A stretch of DNA of 63,990 nucleotides, counting the filler, from Porpidia crustulata (taxonomy: Eukaryota): the NCBI GenBank assembly GCA_964255105.1. It is 4 parts of 4 records of this genome, joined end to end, with 100 filler letters (N's around TTAATTAATTAA, not from the genome) between each part and the next. Parts side by side here need not be neighbours in the genome. Positions count along the whole stretch, not along the records: positions 16,207 to 32,297 come from CAXUWE010000274.1; positions 32,398 to 48,421 come from CAXUWE010000275.1; 2 more parts are not named here. One strand, 5' to 3'. The position numbers and the translations under genes are program-made. Of the stretch, positions 24,910 to 35,739 are shown piece by piece. The notes under the pieces were generated by a model. That model did not search any database and was not told where the DNA came from. It saw nothing but the letters and a program-made list of their open reading frames with translations. Positions within the stretch are counted from its first letter, which is position 1, and each line of letters opens with the position of its first letter.

Positions 24910-27516
24910 ATGCCACAGTTACTTGGAACACCAAATTGGCCCCCGCAGAAAGGGCAAGCGAAGGCCATCGACATCGCCGCCAAATTCCGCGACTACTGGG
25001 TTGTGCCTGGCATAGACGAGGTAGGATTTGCTAATGGGATCATTGGCAGCGTCCCCTCGACCATACTCATCCAGCGGAGGTATTTGGCTGAGCGCAAGAT
25101 CTCGATAGACGAAGTCCACAGACGTGTCTCGTCGAGACGCGAATGGAGCCAAGGCGACATGGTCACCAACGAACTCGTCGTGCATGCAAAGGTTGGCGGG
25201 ACAGTGTTAGTCCTTTCACCACATGGCGAAGAAGACTCCTGAGGGACCAACATACCCTTTCGCCTTGATGAGAGTGGATCTTCGGCTAGCGTGGCCTTGG
25301 TATTTGGGCGTAACGGTGAGGCAGAGGTCCATAAGACATGCTCGCACGACGGCATCGATAATAACGGACGCCCATGGTCGGAGACGCAGCTGCGGTTCCT
25401 GCAGTCGAGCCTTGCTGTGAGGGAAACAGGCATCTTCGTGAAGCCCTTGAGGCACAGAGTAGCCGAAGGCACCGTCTCCGTCGCTTTCCCGTATGTCCCT
25501 AGCCACTCGTTGGCAGCGATGGCGTTTGCAGGCATGAACGCCGACTCGTTACTCGTCGTTGTCAATGATCTACTTGGCGAGATGGCCGCTTGTGTCTGGC
25601 CCAAGAGTGCTGTTCCAGGCCCCGATGACTTTATCGAGCACGCGCACTTCAGTAGGATGAGGAGGCGTGTCGCGACCGCGCGCGCCGCGATGCCTGAGCT
25701 CGACGACGTCGCTGGCTATGACTGGATCACGCTGAATGGCAGGCGGCTGCTTGGGTTCGACCGTGTTCTAGTGGCATTGAGTCGCCATCCCAAGATCAAA
25801 AATGTCGCTCCGCGGAAACTGGGCGAACTCCATGGCGATCTTAACCTTCAAAATATACTTTGTCAATTGGGATCCGACGCGGATAGGCCGATCGTACTTG
25901 TTGATCCTCGAGGCGTTCCCCTGCTTAGCGAATTTGCCAGGCTTGATACTTTCGAGCCAGGCGACTATGCCTACGACATCTCGAAGCTGAAATTCTCGTT
26001 GTCAGGTTTCTCAGAGATCAGAAAGGGGTTATACAACCTGCAAGGCGAAGGCAGATTGTTTGAGCTCCTCATGATAGACCATCCAGGTTCAGATACGATG
26101 CGTGGCGCGGACAGTGGGCTTATGTCGACTTTATCGTCCAATCAGAGGCTGGTTGAATGGATCGATGTTGTCGAACGTTCAGGGCTTGGTTCATTGGAGC
26201 TGAGGGTGCTGCTGGGGGAGGCGGCAAACTTTGTCGCGGACTGCGCCTGTGCCTTGGGAAGGGACAAGAAGGAGGAGGTTCTACCTTTGTTTCTGATAGG
26301 CCTTGCCAAGCTGAACGACATCCTCGAGGAGATAGAAGGGAAAGGCGGCACTTCCATGGACAGGCAGAAGCGGTCGGTTGAGCTGGAGGTTGCTGTAGAG
26401 AGCCCGCGCTATGGAGCGAAGATGATCCAATCCGCTCTCTTGGGATCATCGGACGCCGGTTGGACTTGGGACGTGCTGGAGGTGCTGGTCAAGTCCGAGT
26501 CAGCGCATGCGGCCCATCGACTCCTTGGAGAGCTGGTGGGGGAGTGCTTGCCAGAAGGAACGGCCGTCCATTTATCGACCCATGCCGTTGATCATATTAG
26601 ATTTCCTTGCGTGCTGATACACCCCTTTGTGGGCGTAAGGGGGCAAACCGACGCGGTGCTCTCCGGCATGCGGAAAACGCATTCCTTCTTAAGGGACGGC
26701 GGGGTGCCCAAGAGGACAACCGACGGGCTGAAGATCGTCACCATCACTTCCACAGGAGCATCGACGCATTCGCAGTACATCGCAAGGGAGAACGACAAGC
26801 TCCTCTCTCCTGGGCCTTGGGGAGTATCCCCCCTCAGGTTGATCGTGCTGGAGGCAAATCAACTCATTTTTCCTCGCGCCGGTCGATGGATCGTCGAGAA
26901 TGACTCCTTTTTTGTCCTTAGCCAGGGCCTGCGTGCAGGAGGAGACTGCCTGTGCCTTCTTACGTCCAAGAAATGGACGACGGGCTCAGCCTCGCCATGG
27001 GGGATGTGTATAGACTCGACGCACGAGAGCGATGGGCGAACCTTCGCGACCGGATTTCGAGACATTAGCCCGCACGAGACGAGAGAGACGTTACTCAAGC
27101 CGACGGGTGCGATGTTTGTGCCAGGCGATCTCGGAAAGTCGCTCGCTGAGATAGGAGAGGACTACGCTACCAGGTCCAGTTCCTTGCTGATCGACTTCGT
27201 ACTCCCGCGCTTTATGCGAAGGGAAACGTGGATCGAATTGTGCCACTCGCACGGTTTTGGTGTCAACTCTGACGTTGCGTGGAGCAACGCCGAACGGATT
27301 ACTGGTCTGTTCCCACAGGTCGAGCTAGCGTATAGCGGTGACACAATGATGTTTCAGCACTTCCGTTCCGATTCTGAGTACACCAGGCTGGTCGATGGGG
27401 TAGGCAAGGATCCTTTGCTCGACAGCTTGACTTATCTCCCCTCAATGGCGGAATGGCTCCGTCATTATACCCGCGGAGGAGTCGCCTCCAAGCCGCCGAT
27501 AGACGCTTCGAAGTAG
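24910..27516 (+). pseudogene. Intronless ~868-codon fusion: APH/choline-kinase-like kinase plus fucose-1-phosphate guanylyltransferase-like domain; one internal TGA
   Basis: ORFs 24889-25242 and 25291-27516 are in frame, separated only by TGA 25240-25242. Kinase motifs HGDLNLQNIL (25831), LVDPRG and GDYAYDISKL. The C-terminal half has FPGT-like motif order (by-eye, less certain). Confidence 0.7.
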
Positions 27517-27749
27517 TTGCCTACTGTATTTTGGAAGGTTGGTGTTGACCGAACCTTTGTCCCAGGCTGGACGTACATGTATTCGAGTCGAAACCGCGGG
27601 GAAAAGGCGAGACGATACTTGTTCCGTTTGAGCATGTCCATGAGGCGCCTTCTCTTTACACATTCTGCACATCTGCCCCGCCGTTTTCACGAAGTCTTGA
27701 TATATTGACGTCCACATTGGAAGGGTCTAAACGCTTTTATAGATAATTA

Positions 27750-27901
27750 AACCGGCTAATTTGATTGTACTCGTATCTCGCTATCGCCATGACCATGTAT
27801 TTTTCGCTTCATATTTTCTTTGTCGCCATGACTGTGCGCTCCCTGTCTGTCAGACTGCATATATACTCATTTCCGAAACCAGGATTCCTGGTTGATAGAT
27901 A
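27750..27901 (+). repeat. ~150-bp direct repeat, copy 1
   Basis: Aligns with 31943-32091; differences are almost all C/T or G/A. Confidence 0.9.
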
Positions 27902-29308
27902 TTCTAAATTACGAATACATCGTCAGCGATGATACGCGGATTAGATTCTCCGTTACAGCAATCTCCAAGAGAGATATCGACAGCTTCACTCATGACTCCG
28001 ACGATGACAATGATGCTGTTGTTGAGGGAAGCTCACGTGCTGAAACCGAAGCTAACATTCCACAATCCAAATCAGGTCGGCTTGCTATTCATGGCCAGAG
28101 AGAAGAATTATTGTGTGAAGTCGGGATCACTCTCACCGCTCCACATAATCCACAATCCACCAATCGAACACACGGTGATTACGTAGGATGCGATAAGCCA
28201 GCCTTGTGCTATCCATGTCCTCCAATTGGTGGCTTCACTAATTGGTCAGCCGGGATATTTCTACCCTCACCAAGCTCCACATAGACCTTCCACCGTACAT
28301 CGCTTCGTCATGGCTCAGCAGCGTTCCCCAGATGAGAGGCTGGTCTATCTCCACTGCTCATCAATCTTCAGCGGGACAAACGCGCACGTTCGAAAGGTCA
28401 AGAAAATCTTCCAGCTTCTGAAGAAGCATAAGTCATCCATCAAAATCCTCACAAAGGAATTTATCTTAATAGCCATTGCTGCAGTTGCGAAAGAGTTGCT
28501 GAAAGAGCAGATTTTCGAATCCTTTTCCTGGGCAAAGCTCCGTTACTCAGAGTTATTTCAGCCATCAGAGACGCGAGAGGCCGAAAGAGAGATCTCGAAG
28601 GCAGAAGTCATTAAATCGAGGCTGAGACAGCACAAGACATAGTTCTGACTTCCGATGACGAGGAAGAAGATGAGTACCTAGACTTTGAGCAAGGCGAACA
28701 GCGGGATGAGCCTGAGGGAACATTAGAAGACAAAGCCGAGGCTATGTGGCAAGTATAAACGCTCGAGACAGGACAGTTACGAAGCTAATTTTCTTGAAAG
28801 CCAACAATCGACCTTTCAAGCACGTCACGCGCTCTCTATTTTCAGACTTCATCCTGTCTATTTGCCATTCAGAACGCAACATAGAATTCTAGTCTCAGTT
28901 CAAATTTTGCTTGAGGAATGCTGTCTGAAGTTCGACAACACTTGAGTTTCAGAGTTGATGAAGGCGCGTAAATGACACAAAGCAGAGTTCATTGAACTTA
29001 CTGAATGAATTAAGAGATTTTCGAAGCACGCTAGGTCTTTATCGTCATCAGTCATCAAACCGATTCTCGATAAAAGCATCGCTGAGATTCTCTTTGAAAC
29101 AAGTATCCTTCGTCACTCAGCTGTTCATCGCCTTTTAACTAGCGCAGCTGAGATTTTGAACATGTTTAGTTCTGCAATCACCTTTGCAGAAGCTCTTAAT
29201 GACCTCAAACGTGCGGGAAGAATAGCGAAAATTAAAACGTAGCTAAAAGCTACCATAGAGGAAATTGTGCAGCATCAAAATCTGCTCGAATGCAAGCTCA
29301 CAGATCAA

Positions 29309-29698
29309 TGTAACGGTTGTTCTAATAACAACACAAGATATAAATAGAGATAGACTAGAGTAACGAACTCCTTGCTACTATAGACTGAGGTCTGCAAATA
29401 GCTTAGACAATAGAACTGATTGTATTGACTATTACATGAGTTGAGCACAAAGCTCCTATCTAGGGAAATGACCTTCATTATATAGACATAGGAGAATCGT
29501 GCCAAGAGCTTTGTGCTCAGCATGCTCAGTGGGGTGAGCCCACTGAGCATCTGGTCTTGCTCAGTGCGCTCACCTTGGTGAGCAAGGTGAGCCACTCTGC
29601 TTAGCATGCTCAGTGCCATGAGCAAGGTGAGCAGACTTAGGCCTACACCTGCCGGGCGTAGCCTACATACTGGGCGGGGTTCCCGCCTGGGGCTAACA
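29309..29698 (-). mobile_element. Solo LTR (390 bp) with 5-bp target-site duplication ATCAA
   Basis: Termini TG...CA (TGTAAC...CTAACA); ATCAA at 29304-29308 and 29699-29703. On the minus strand a GC-rich repeated U3-like part precedes TATATAA, which is the basis for the orientation. Confidence 0.9.
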
Positions 29699-30660
29699 AT
29701 CAATTTGAAGATATTGCGCGTCGAAGAGCTGAACTTGACGAGTTGAAAAGATCTTTCATCGAAGAGATGCTGAAAACGGACGAGAAGCAACGCACTAAAG
29801 TTGGCTCTGCCTTTGAAAGCTTTCTTATTGATTCTCAGCAGATTTTCAATTCTTACGCTTGCAATCATACATCGAGCTTTAACGGAGCGAAGACGAACTT
29901 TAAGACAAAAGAGAACATCGAGAGTAGTTGAATAAATATGGTTCTATATACTCTTTTCTTTCATTTCAAGTCCTGTCTGTTCCTATATCTACTTCTAACA
30001 CTTTCTCTAGATCATAACCTGAAATCCTCAGCCGGAATAAATGAAGCACAAGTCTACGATCAAAGTTCACTCGACGAAGAGAAACTTCATCAAGACGAAA
30101 AGTTGAAGAAAGATGATCAACCTCCTTGTTACGAAAACAATGATGACAGTGTTGAAGAGGAACCGGAAGTCTCAGAATTGATCCTTTCAACTTTAAGATG
30201 TACAGAACAAATGAAAAAAGGGAAGAAGGCTGTAGCATCTGGCTGAGATATTCCTGTAGCTGAAGGTGCATCTATTCTCGGAGATGAAGCTTCTGCTTCA
30301 GAAGATGCGTCGCCTGCCCCATTTTATGTTACTCGTAACATAGGTTTCAAATGATCTCGATACGAAGCTTGAAATCTTGACGCAACTAGTGATATTACTG
30401 CAGAGTCACATAACGCATCTGAGAAAGCTATTCCCGTCGAAGAATTCTGCTTCGCCGAGCTGACGAAAGTTTACCTCACAGATGAGCCTTGCATTAATGC
30501 GTCAGAGGAAGAGGCATTGCCAGAGGATAGCATGCCTGCAGCAGAAGTATTCTTCAAAGAGGACCCAAAAGAAAAGAAAAAAGTTGCTCTTCAGACGACG
30601 CTGAAAGCTTCACAAGCCGAGTCAATCGTCGAAGGCTTCGACGACGTAGAGGAACATATT

Positions 30661-30723
30661 TTCAATCAACATGACAATATTCTCAATCAACATGACAATA
30701 TTGCCGACCAACATGACATTATT
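30661..30723 (+). repeat. 21-bp tandem repeat x3 (encodes NQHDNIL-like units)
   Basis: ttcaatcaacatgacaatatt ctcaatcaacatgacaatatt gccgaccaacatgacattatt. Confidence 0.8.
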
Positions 30724-31355
30724 CCGAACGACTTAGACGATCCATATGAATCAACGCCAGAAGATGACGTCGTTCCAATGCACAGTCCCTGAGCTGAGGA
30801 CGCTGAGTTCATTGTACCGCCTTCAAGGCCTGCTCTTGTTACAGTGCGCGATGAATCCGATCTTCGTCTACCTCATCCGTCGGCGCCATCATTCATAATG
30901 ACTTTCATTCTTGAGACTGCAGTCTCAGAGACGTCAACAAAGGATAGCCACATCATCACGCTCAAAATTCTGAACGGCAGCAAGGTTCTCAGATTCATTG
31001 TCTTTATCAGAGCTTGTACATGGACGACAATCTTAGACGAAGCACAAGCATCTTGCGTGAAACGTGCGCAAGGTGATTGAAGTTTTCGAAGACTGCTGTC
31101 AAAGGAGTGAGGTTTGGCCTTGTTGTCACTAAAAATGTACGGGTACGACATGGACTTGTCGATCTACAAGATTGAGAATTTGTTCTCTATGATTCAGACT
31201 GTTGAGAAAACGGGTATTTCGAGATTTACACTTCGAATCTCTGAGATTTAAAGAGCGTTGAGGTGGAGGTATTGTCCTAATCCTTGGATTTGGAAAACAA
31301 GCTCTACATTTGGGATAAAAGTTAAGTTTTCGATTTTATAATATGGGAAATACTA

Positions 31356-31924
31356 ACCGTACACTCCCTTTGCATGCTCGTACACCCCCTTTTGCATACT
31401 CGTACATTCCCCTCCCCATATGAGGCTTAGGATCACCTACATGAGGCGTAGTGATAGATTTATAAACCTACCTTACCTCTTATCAAATCGCCATCTGCTT
31501 GAAAAATATCGAGCAATTGCACTCTGTTCCAATTCGATCAAAAAACATCTCTTTTAACATTGAAGTGCCATTCAAAAGCCTTTCATCTACCGCCTAAAAA
31601 GACGCCTAGAAGATATAATTACCTCCTCTTGATCCTGACGCCCGCTGTCCGTCTTTCACTCCCGGTTCCTTCATCTTCTTCATCTCTCGTACTTCTGCTC
31701 CTCATACTTTTTTCATTCTTTCGTTCGTTCTCTACATCCTCTTCTTTCCTGTTTCGATGTTTGTTTATGCTTCATCTCTTGTGCTTTCATTCGCGCTGAA
31801 ACACGTTTGAATTGAGAAGCGATTTGATAAGGGCAAGGGTTATGATTCTGGTACTAAGTCTCATTAGAGTGACATTAAACTTCACGTGAGGGGGGTGTAC
31901 GAGTAGGCAAAGGGGGTGTATGGT
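31356..31924. mobile_element. Non-autonomous DNA transposon remnant with long imperfect TIRs
   Basis: The left end ACCGTACACTCCCTTTGCATGCTCGTACACCCCC...CTTATCAAATCGC matches the reverse complement of the right end GCGATTTGATAAG...GGGGGGTGTACGAGTAGGCAAAGGGGGTGTATGGT. TA on the left flank; K/E/R-rich remnant inside. Confidence 0.75.
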
Positions 31925-31942
31925 TTGTGGATCCCTTATTTG

Positions 31943-32091
31943 AATCGGCTAATTCGATTGCACTCGTATCTCGCTATCCTCATGATCATGCATTTTTCGC
32001 TTCATATTTTGTTATCGTCATAATTGTGCGCTCTCTGTCTGTCAGATTGCATATACTCATTCTCGAAATCAGGATTCCCGATTGATAAATA
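31943..32091 (+). repeat. ~150-bp direct repeat, copy 2
   Basis: Aligns with 27750-27901. Confidence 0.9.
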
Positions 32092-32297
32092 ATCAGTGTA
32101 CATGTGAAGAAGAACACTTTAGCGGGTTTGTGTAGGCGGGCTGGAGAGGCGCGAGACAACCCCCTCATCCGTCCTCGTTGTCTGTCCTTGTTTGCCGTTC
32201 GATTCAATCTTGAATCCCTCGTCACAGGGATGTGTGCACTCGCACATGTTCTTAACGGGGTCGATTGGCAGGGAAACGGTGATCTCGGGGGGAGGAG

Positions 32298-32397
32298 NNN
32301 NNNNNNNNNNNNNNNNNNNNNNNNNNNNNNNNNNNNNNNNNTTAATTAATTAANNNNNNNNNNNNNNNNNNNNNNNNNNNNNNNNNNNNNNNNNNNN
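32298..32397. other. Artificial contig-joining spacer
   Basis: N44-TTAATTAATTAA-N44. Confidence 0.98.
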
Positions 32398-33537
32398 GGC
32401 CCGTTTCCGCGTCGGGGCGGCTTTTTATACCTCGCCGAATTCCACGGCTCTAGTATTCATTATTCTAGACGTCCTTGCCTTTTCAGCATCCTGATACTCT
32501 AAACCACCGACATCTCTTCAATGACTGAACTTTTAGACATCTGTACGACTAGTGTTTACCCCCGCCTTTGCTTTCTCGGCCCTGAAGCTCAAAGTGTTGC
32601 TTGTGAAAGTCAGCAGCTTTGCTCTATAGCGTCTTACGCCTTCTCATCGTAGATATAAATACGTGATAGGGGGGGGTCATACTACAATCCGGTATGACAT
32701 TCACAATCCGAGCCGTGGAATCTCAAGCATTTCTTGGAAAAGTGATTTGATTGAAAAAAGCAAAATACACTGGTGCACATAATGCCTAGAGAAAACATCC
32801 ATTCGACCACATTGATCGTGCTGCGATTGCTCGCAGCGGCGCTGCCACGAAACCAAAAGGTGGCCTGCTACAACGAAGCCAACCTGCCGCACGGTGCACT
32901 GCTCTGCCACGAAGTATGTCGCAAGTCAATTGACTTTTTCCACCACTGCGCCAATCCTGCATCTTCGAGATTCCGCACCCCCTACATCAAAAGAAAAGTT
33001 CGCAATGACAAGAGGTCACAGCATATCGACGGCCGTTTCGTTGGTATCTCTGGCGTTATGTTCGTTTGCTCGTCCGTATGCCCCGTCCAACCGTTCCGTT
33101 GCTCCGTCCTGTATCCCCAGAACGCCCCTACAAAACCAACTCCTGGCCGTTGTCTTCTCCTTCGAAAAACCCATCCCGATCAAAGATTGGCATGGCAATC
33201 TTATTCCGTTGCTTATAGAACCTTCAAGCCCGATCCGGGGAAAACATGACATAGTGATAATCCGCAACACGGACATGACATCGTGAAAGCGATAAAGGTA
33301 AAATGTTTCGACTTAGTAATCCTGTGAAGTAAATAAATGCGGTGGCTGAAAGATGTCGAATGAACTGACGGCAAGTGTCTGAAGTTTCCGAGAATTGTTG
33401 ACTCCTATGAGTCCTATTCTAGTGACCCGTCGGCCGGTGTTCACGACTACAGCTCTTCGAGAAGCGGTGGCATCGCTAAATTTTCGAGTCTTTTTCGAGG
33501 TAGGCCAAATAAAGTGAGCCGAGGGTACGGTTATTAA

Positions 33538-35739
33538 TCAAAGGCGGTTTGTATGGCTTCTTTCCCCGAGCGCTGGTCGTAGGGATTTCTTCACCGGCTT
33601 AAGGCTTTTGTGACCCCCAATCTTCTGGAAGCCTTGGAGGAGGTCCAGACCACCAAAGTCATCAGGCTCATCATCCACAAGAAGGTCTAGTCCGAAGAGG
33701 TCTTCTTTAGCATCGTCGTCCAATCTAATGTTTAAGACTGGAGACTTGTGTGGAGATTTTTGAGCTTTCTGACGGATTGGTGACTCAAGGTACGGAGTGT
33801 TCGACAAGGATTTACTGTTCAAGCTTGCACCAGTGACGTCGGCAAGGATATTGGAGGTCTTGCTTGTACGGTCAAGTCGCGGACGCCGGATCGAGCGCTT
33901 CTCAGGTGACACTGAGAAGCGGCGAGAATATGCGACTGCAGGGCTGCCTGCGAAGATGCTAAAGCTTGTGTACCCATCATTATCAAAGGCATAGTGCTCA
34001 TCATCGACAATGTTGAAGGCCGGGCTAAATGGGATCTCATCATTCATAAAGCTCGTATTCTTGATAGGAGAGCCAACAAGTTCCCGAATCTTGTTGCGAT
34101 GATTGCGCAGGTTGGTGTTTGGCGAAATGGACGCCGGTGCTTTCGGGGGTAGCTTGAACTTCACGGCTGGTGTCAGTGGCGGCAGCATCAAAGAGCTATC
34201 GAAATGACGCAATGGGGATGACGAGACCAGAGTCGGTGTGGGCTGTTTCAAAGATCGCCCTTTGCTTGGGCTAATGTCATGCGACGACGAACGAATACGA
34301 GCAATCTCTTCTTCAGCTCGTCCTCGCTTGATCCTTGGTCGATCAAGATCAACCTCAGAGCTTGCATGGTACCCATTTGCATGGGATCTCGCAGCTGATG
34401 ATTCAAGAGACGAAAAGTAGCCACTGTCATCCATCGCAACTGCTCTACGTTTCCTTGTCCGAGCTCGGCTGGAAGGCAATGCAAATTCCGTGATGTGAGG
34501 TGGAGTGTCCTCCCGTAGCCGAGAATGATGTGCGACCGGTGGCGACGAATGAATGAGTTGAAGCGGTGATGATAGAGGGCTCCTAGAATGCGGTGGTGGC
34601 ATATTGATGGCGTCCTCGAATTCATCTCCATTAGACGGTGCGTCTGATGCTGGGATGGTGGCATCCGAGGAAGGATCGATAGCATTGGAGACTTGAGGAG
34701 CCAAGACTTGATGGTCTGGCTGTACTGTTGATTGGATCGGAATGGGCCATGCACTCAAATTCGTCTCGCTCGAGGCTTGGACGGAAGGGAACCATCCACT
34801 TTGATTCACTCCACTCGAAGGTTGAGAGACTGTCCGTGCCCTGGGGCCAGCGGAGGTCGATATCGGCCCAGCAGATGAGCTTGGTCGACGATTAGGCTTA
34901 TCTTTCATAAACTGTGCCTCCATTCCTGGCTCGATGGCCCAATAATTCCCTTTGCCCGGATCATCCTTTGGCCTCTCTTGCTTGATGAAGGCTTTGTTGA
35001 GACTCAAGTTATGACGGATGCTGTTCTGCCAGCCAGCATCAGAGGCACGATAGTAAGAAAAAGAATCCGAGATCCACTTGTAGATTTGTGCAAGCGTCAG
35101 TCGACGCCCAGGAGCGCGAAGAATCGACATTCCAATCAGTGATGCATAGCTAAAAGGTGGCTTGGTCCCTTTATCATCGATCAGCGGCTCTAGCTCTTCG
35201 AGTAGAGGCTTGTCGTGGACTATTTGAGCAGCTCCGGTAGGGCCAGGGAGCAGCTTCTTCAATGGTGCTTTGTAACCATAAGTAGGATCTGGAAACTCTG
35301 CGAAATTGTCGCTGTGGCACCCTGGGCTGAAGTTTTCCTTGTCGGCAGACATTGCGCTTGGAAAAGTGGTGTAAATGGATCTCTGGGCCTTCTGCGGTAC
35401 TAGAGGTTGAGATGTCGAGATAACTAGCTTCTTGGCGGGAGAATCAGTACTGAAGGCTTCAGTGTTAGAAGGCGGAAGGAAGGTGATCATTTGATCGCTC
35501 CGGAATGATTTCGTCGGGTTTCTTGTTGACTGCTGCGCAGGTTTGAGGGGTGATCGATTGGCAGGCGCGGATGCTGGAGGATTCAACACAATATTGTTTC
35601 CTCCCAGCATATTAAGAGTCGAGTGCTTATCCGAGAACATATATTGGCCCAAGTTTGTAGAATTTTGTGGTGGCATGTCAGCGTTGTCGAAGGAGGTGAC
35701 TGGGTCCTGAAAAATCTCGAGACGTCGCGTCGAAGACAT
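33538..35739 (-). CDS. Forkhead transcription factor, Hcm1/Sep1 type (intronless)
   Basis: KPPFSYASLIGMSILRAPGRRLTLAQIYKWISDSFSYY...GWQNSIRHNLSLNKAFIKQERPKDDPGKGNYW; no FHA domain; many SP/TP sites. First ATG at 35739. Confidence 0.93.
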   Translation of the reverse strand: MSSTRRLEIFQDPVTSFDNADMPPQNSTNLGQYMFSDKHSTLNMLGGNNIVLNPPASAPANRSPLKPAQQSTRNPTKSFRSDQMITFLPPSNTEAFSTDSPAKKLVISTSQPLVPQKAQRSIYTTFPSAMSADKENFSPGCHSDNFAEFPDPTYGYKAPLKKLLPGPTGAAQIVHDKPLLEELEPLIDDKGTKPPFSYASLIGMSILRAPGRRLTLAQIYKWISDSFSYYRASDAGWQNSIRHNLSLNKAFIKQERPKDDPGKGNYWAIEPGMEAQFMKDKPNRRPSSSAGPISTSAGPRARTVSQPSSGVNQSGWFPSVQASSETNLSAWPIPIQSTVQPDHQVLAPQVSNAIDPSSDATIPASDAPSNGDEFEDAINMPPPHSRSPLSSPLQLIHSSPPVAHHSRLREDTPPHITEFALPSSRARTRKRRAVAMDDSGYFSSLESSAARSHANGYHASSEVDLDRPRIKRGRAEEEIARIRSSSHDISPSKGRSLKQPTPTLVSSSPLRHFDSSLMLPPLTPAVKFKLPPKAPASISPNTNLRNHRNKIRELVGSPIKNTSFMNDEIPFSPAFNIVDDEHYAFDNDGYTSFSIFAGSPAVAYSRRFSVSPEKRSIRRPRLDRTSKTSNILADVTGASLNSKSLSNTPYLESPIRQKAQKSPHKSPVLNIRLDDDAKEDLFGLDLLVDDEPDDFGGLDLLQGFQKIGGHKSLKPVKKSLRPALGERSHTNRL

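Larger units (their letters stand above)
28310..31250 (+). pseudogene. RIP-degraded fungal hypothetical gene (PVYLPFRTQHRIL...LEECC...IELTE.W...LRHSAVHR type) interrupted by a solo LTR
   Basis: Protein-like frame with TGA at Trp-like positions (FDNT*, ARK*, ELTE*). The frame is restored across the LTR (KLTDQ|FEDIARRRAELDEL). Ends ...KTGISRFTLRISEI*. Confidence 0.7.

Noticed and set aside
25240..25242. Programmed readthrough or selenocysteine at the single TGA in the kinase fusion
   Set aside because: The context TCC-TGA-GGG is not a known readthrough signal, ascomycetes lack Sec machinery, and neighbouring genes show the same TGG>TGA damage.
29305..29868. 187-aa minus-strand ORF
   Set aside because: A chance frame running through the solo LTR and antisense to the pseudogene.
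16207..32297. Calling contig 2 a Starship element
   Set aside because: The cargo-like content is suggestive, but no tyrosine-recombinase captain or element boundary is visible.
32773..33286. Overlapping + strand ORFs of 158 and 130 aa
   Set aside because: Non-ATG starts and no motifs; probably the downstream region of the forkhead gene.
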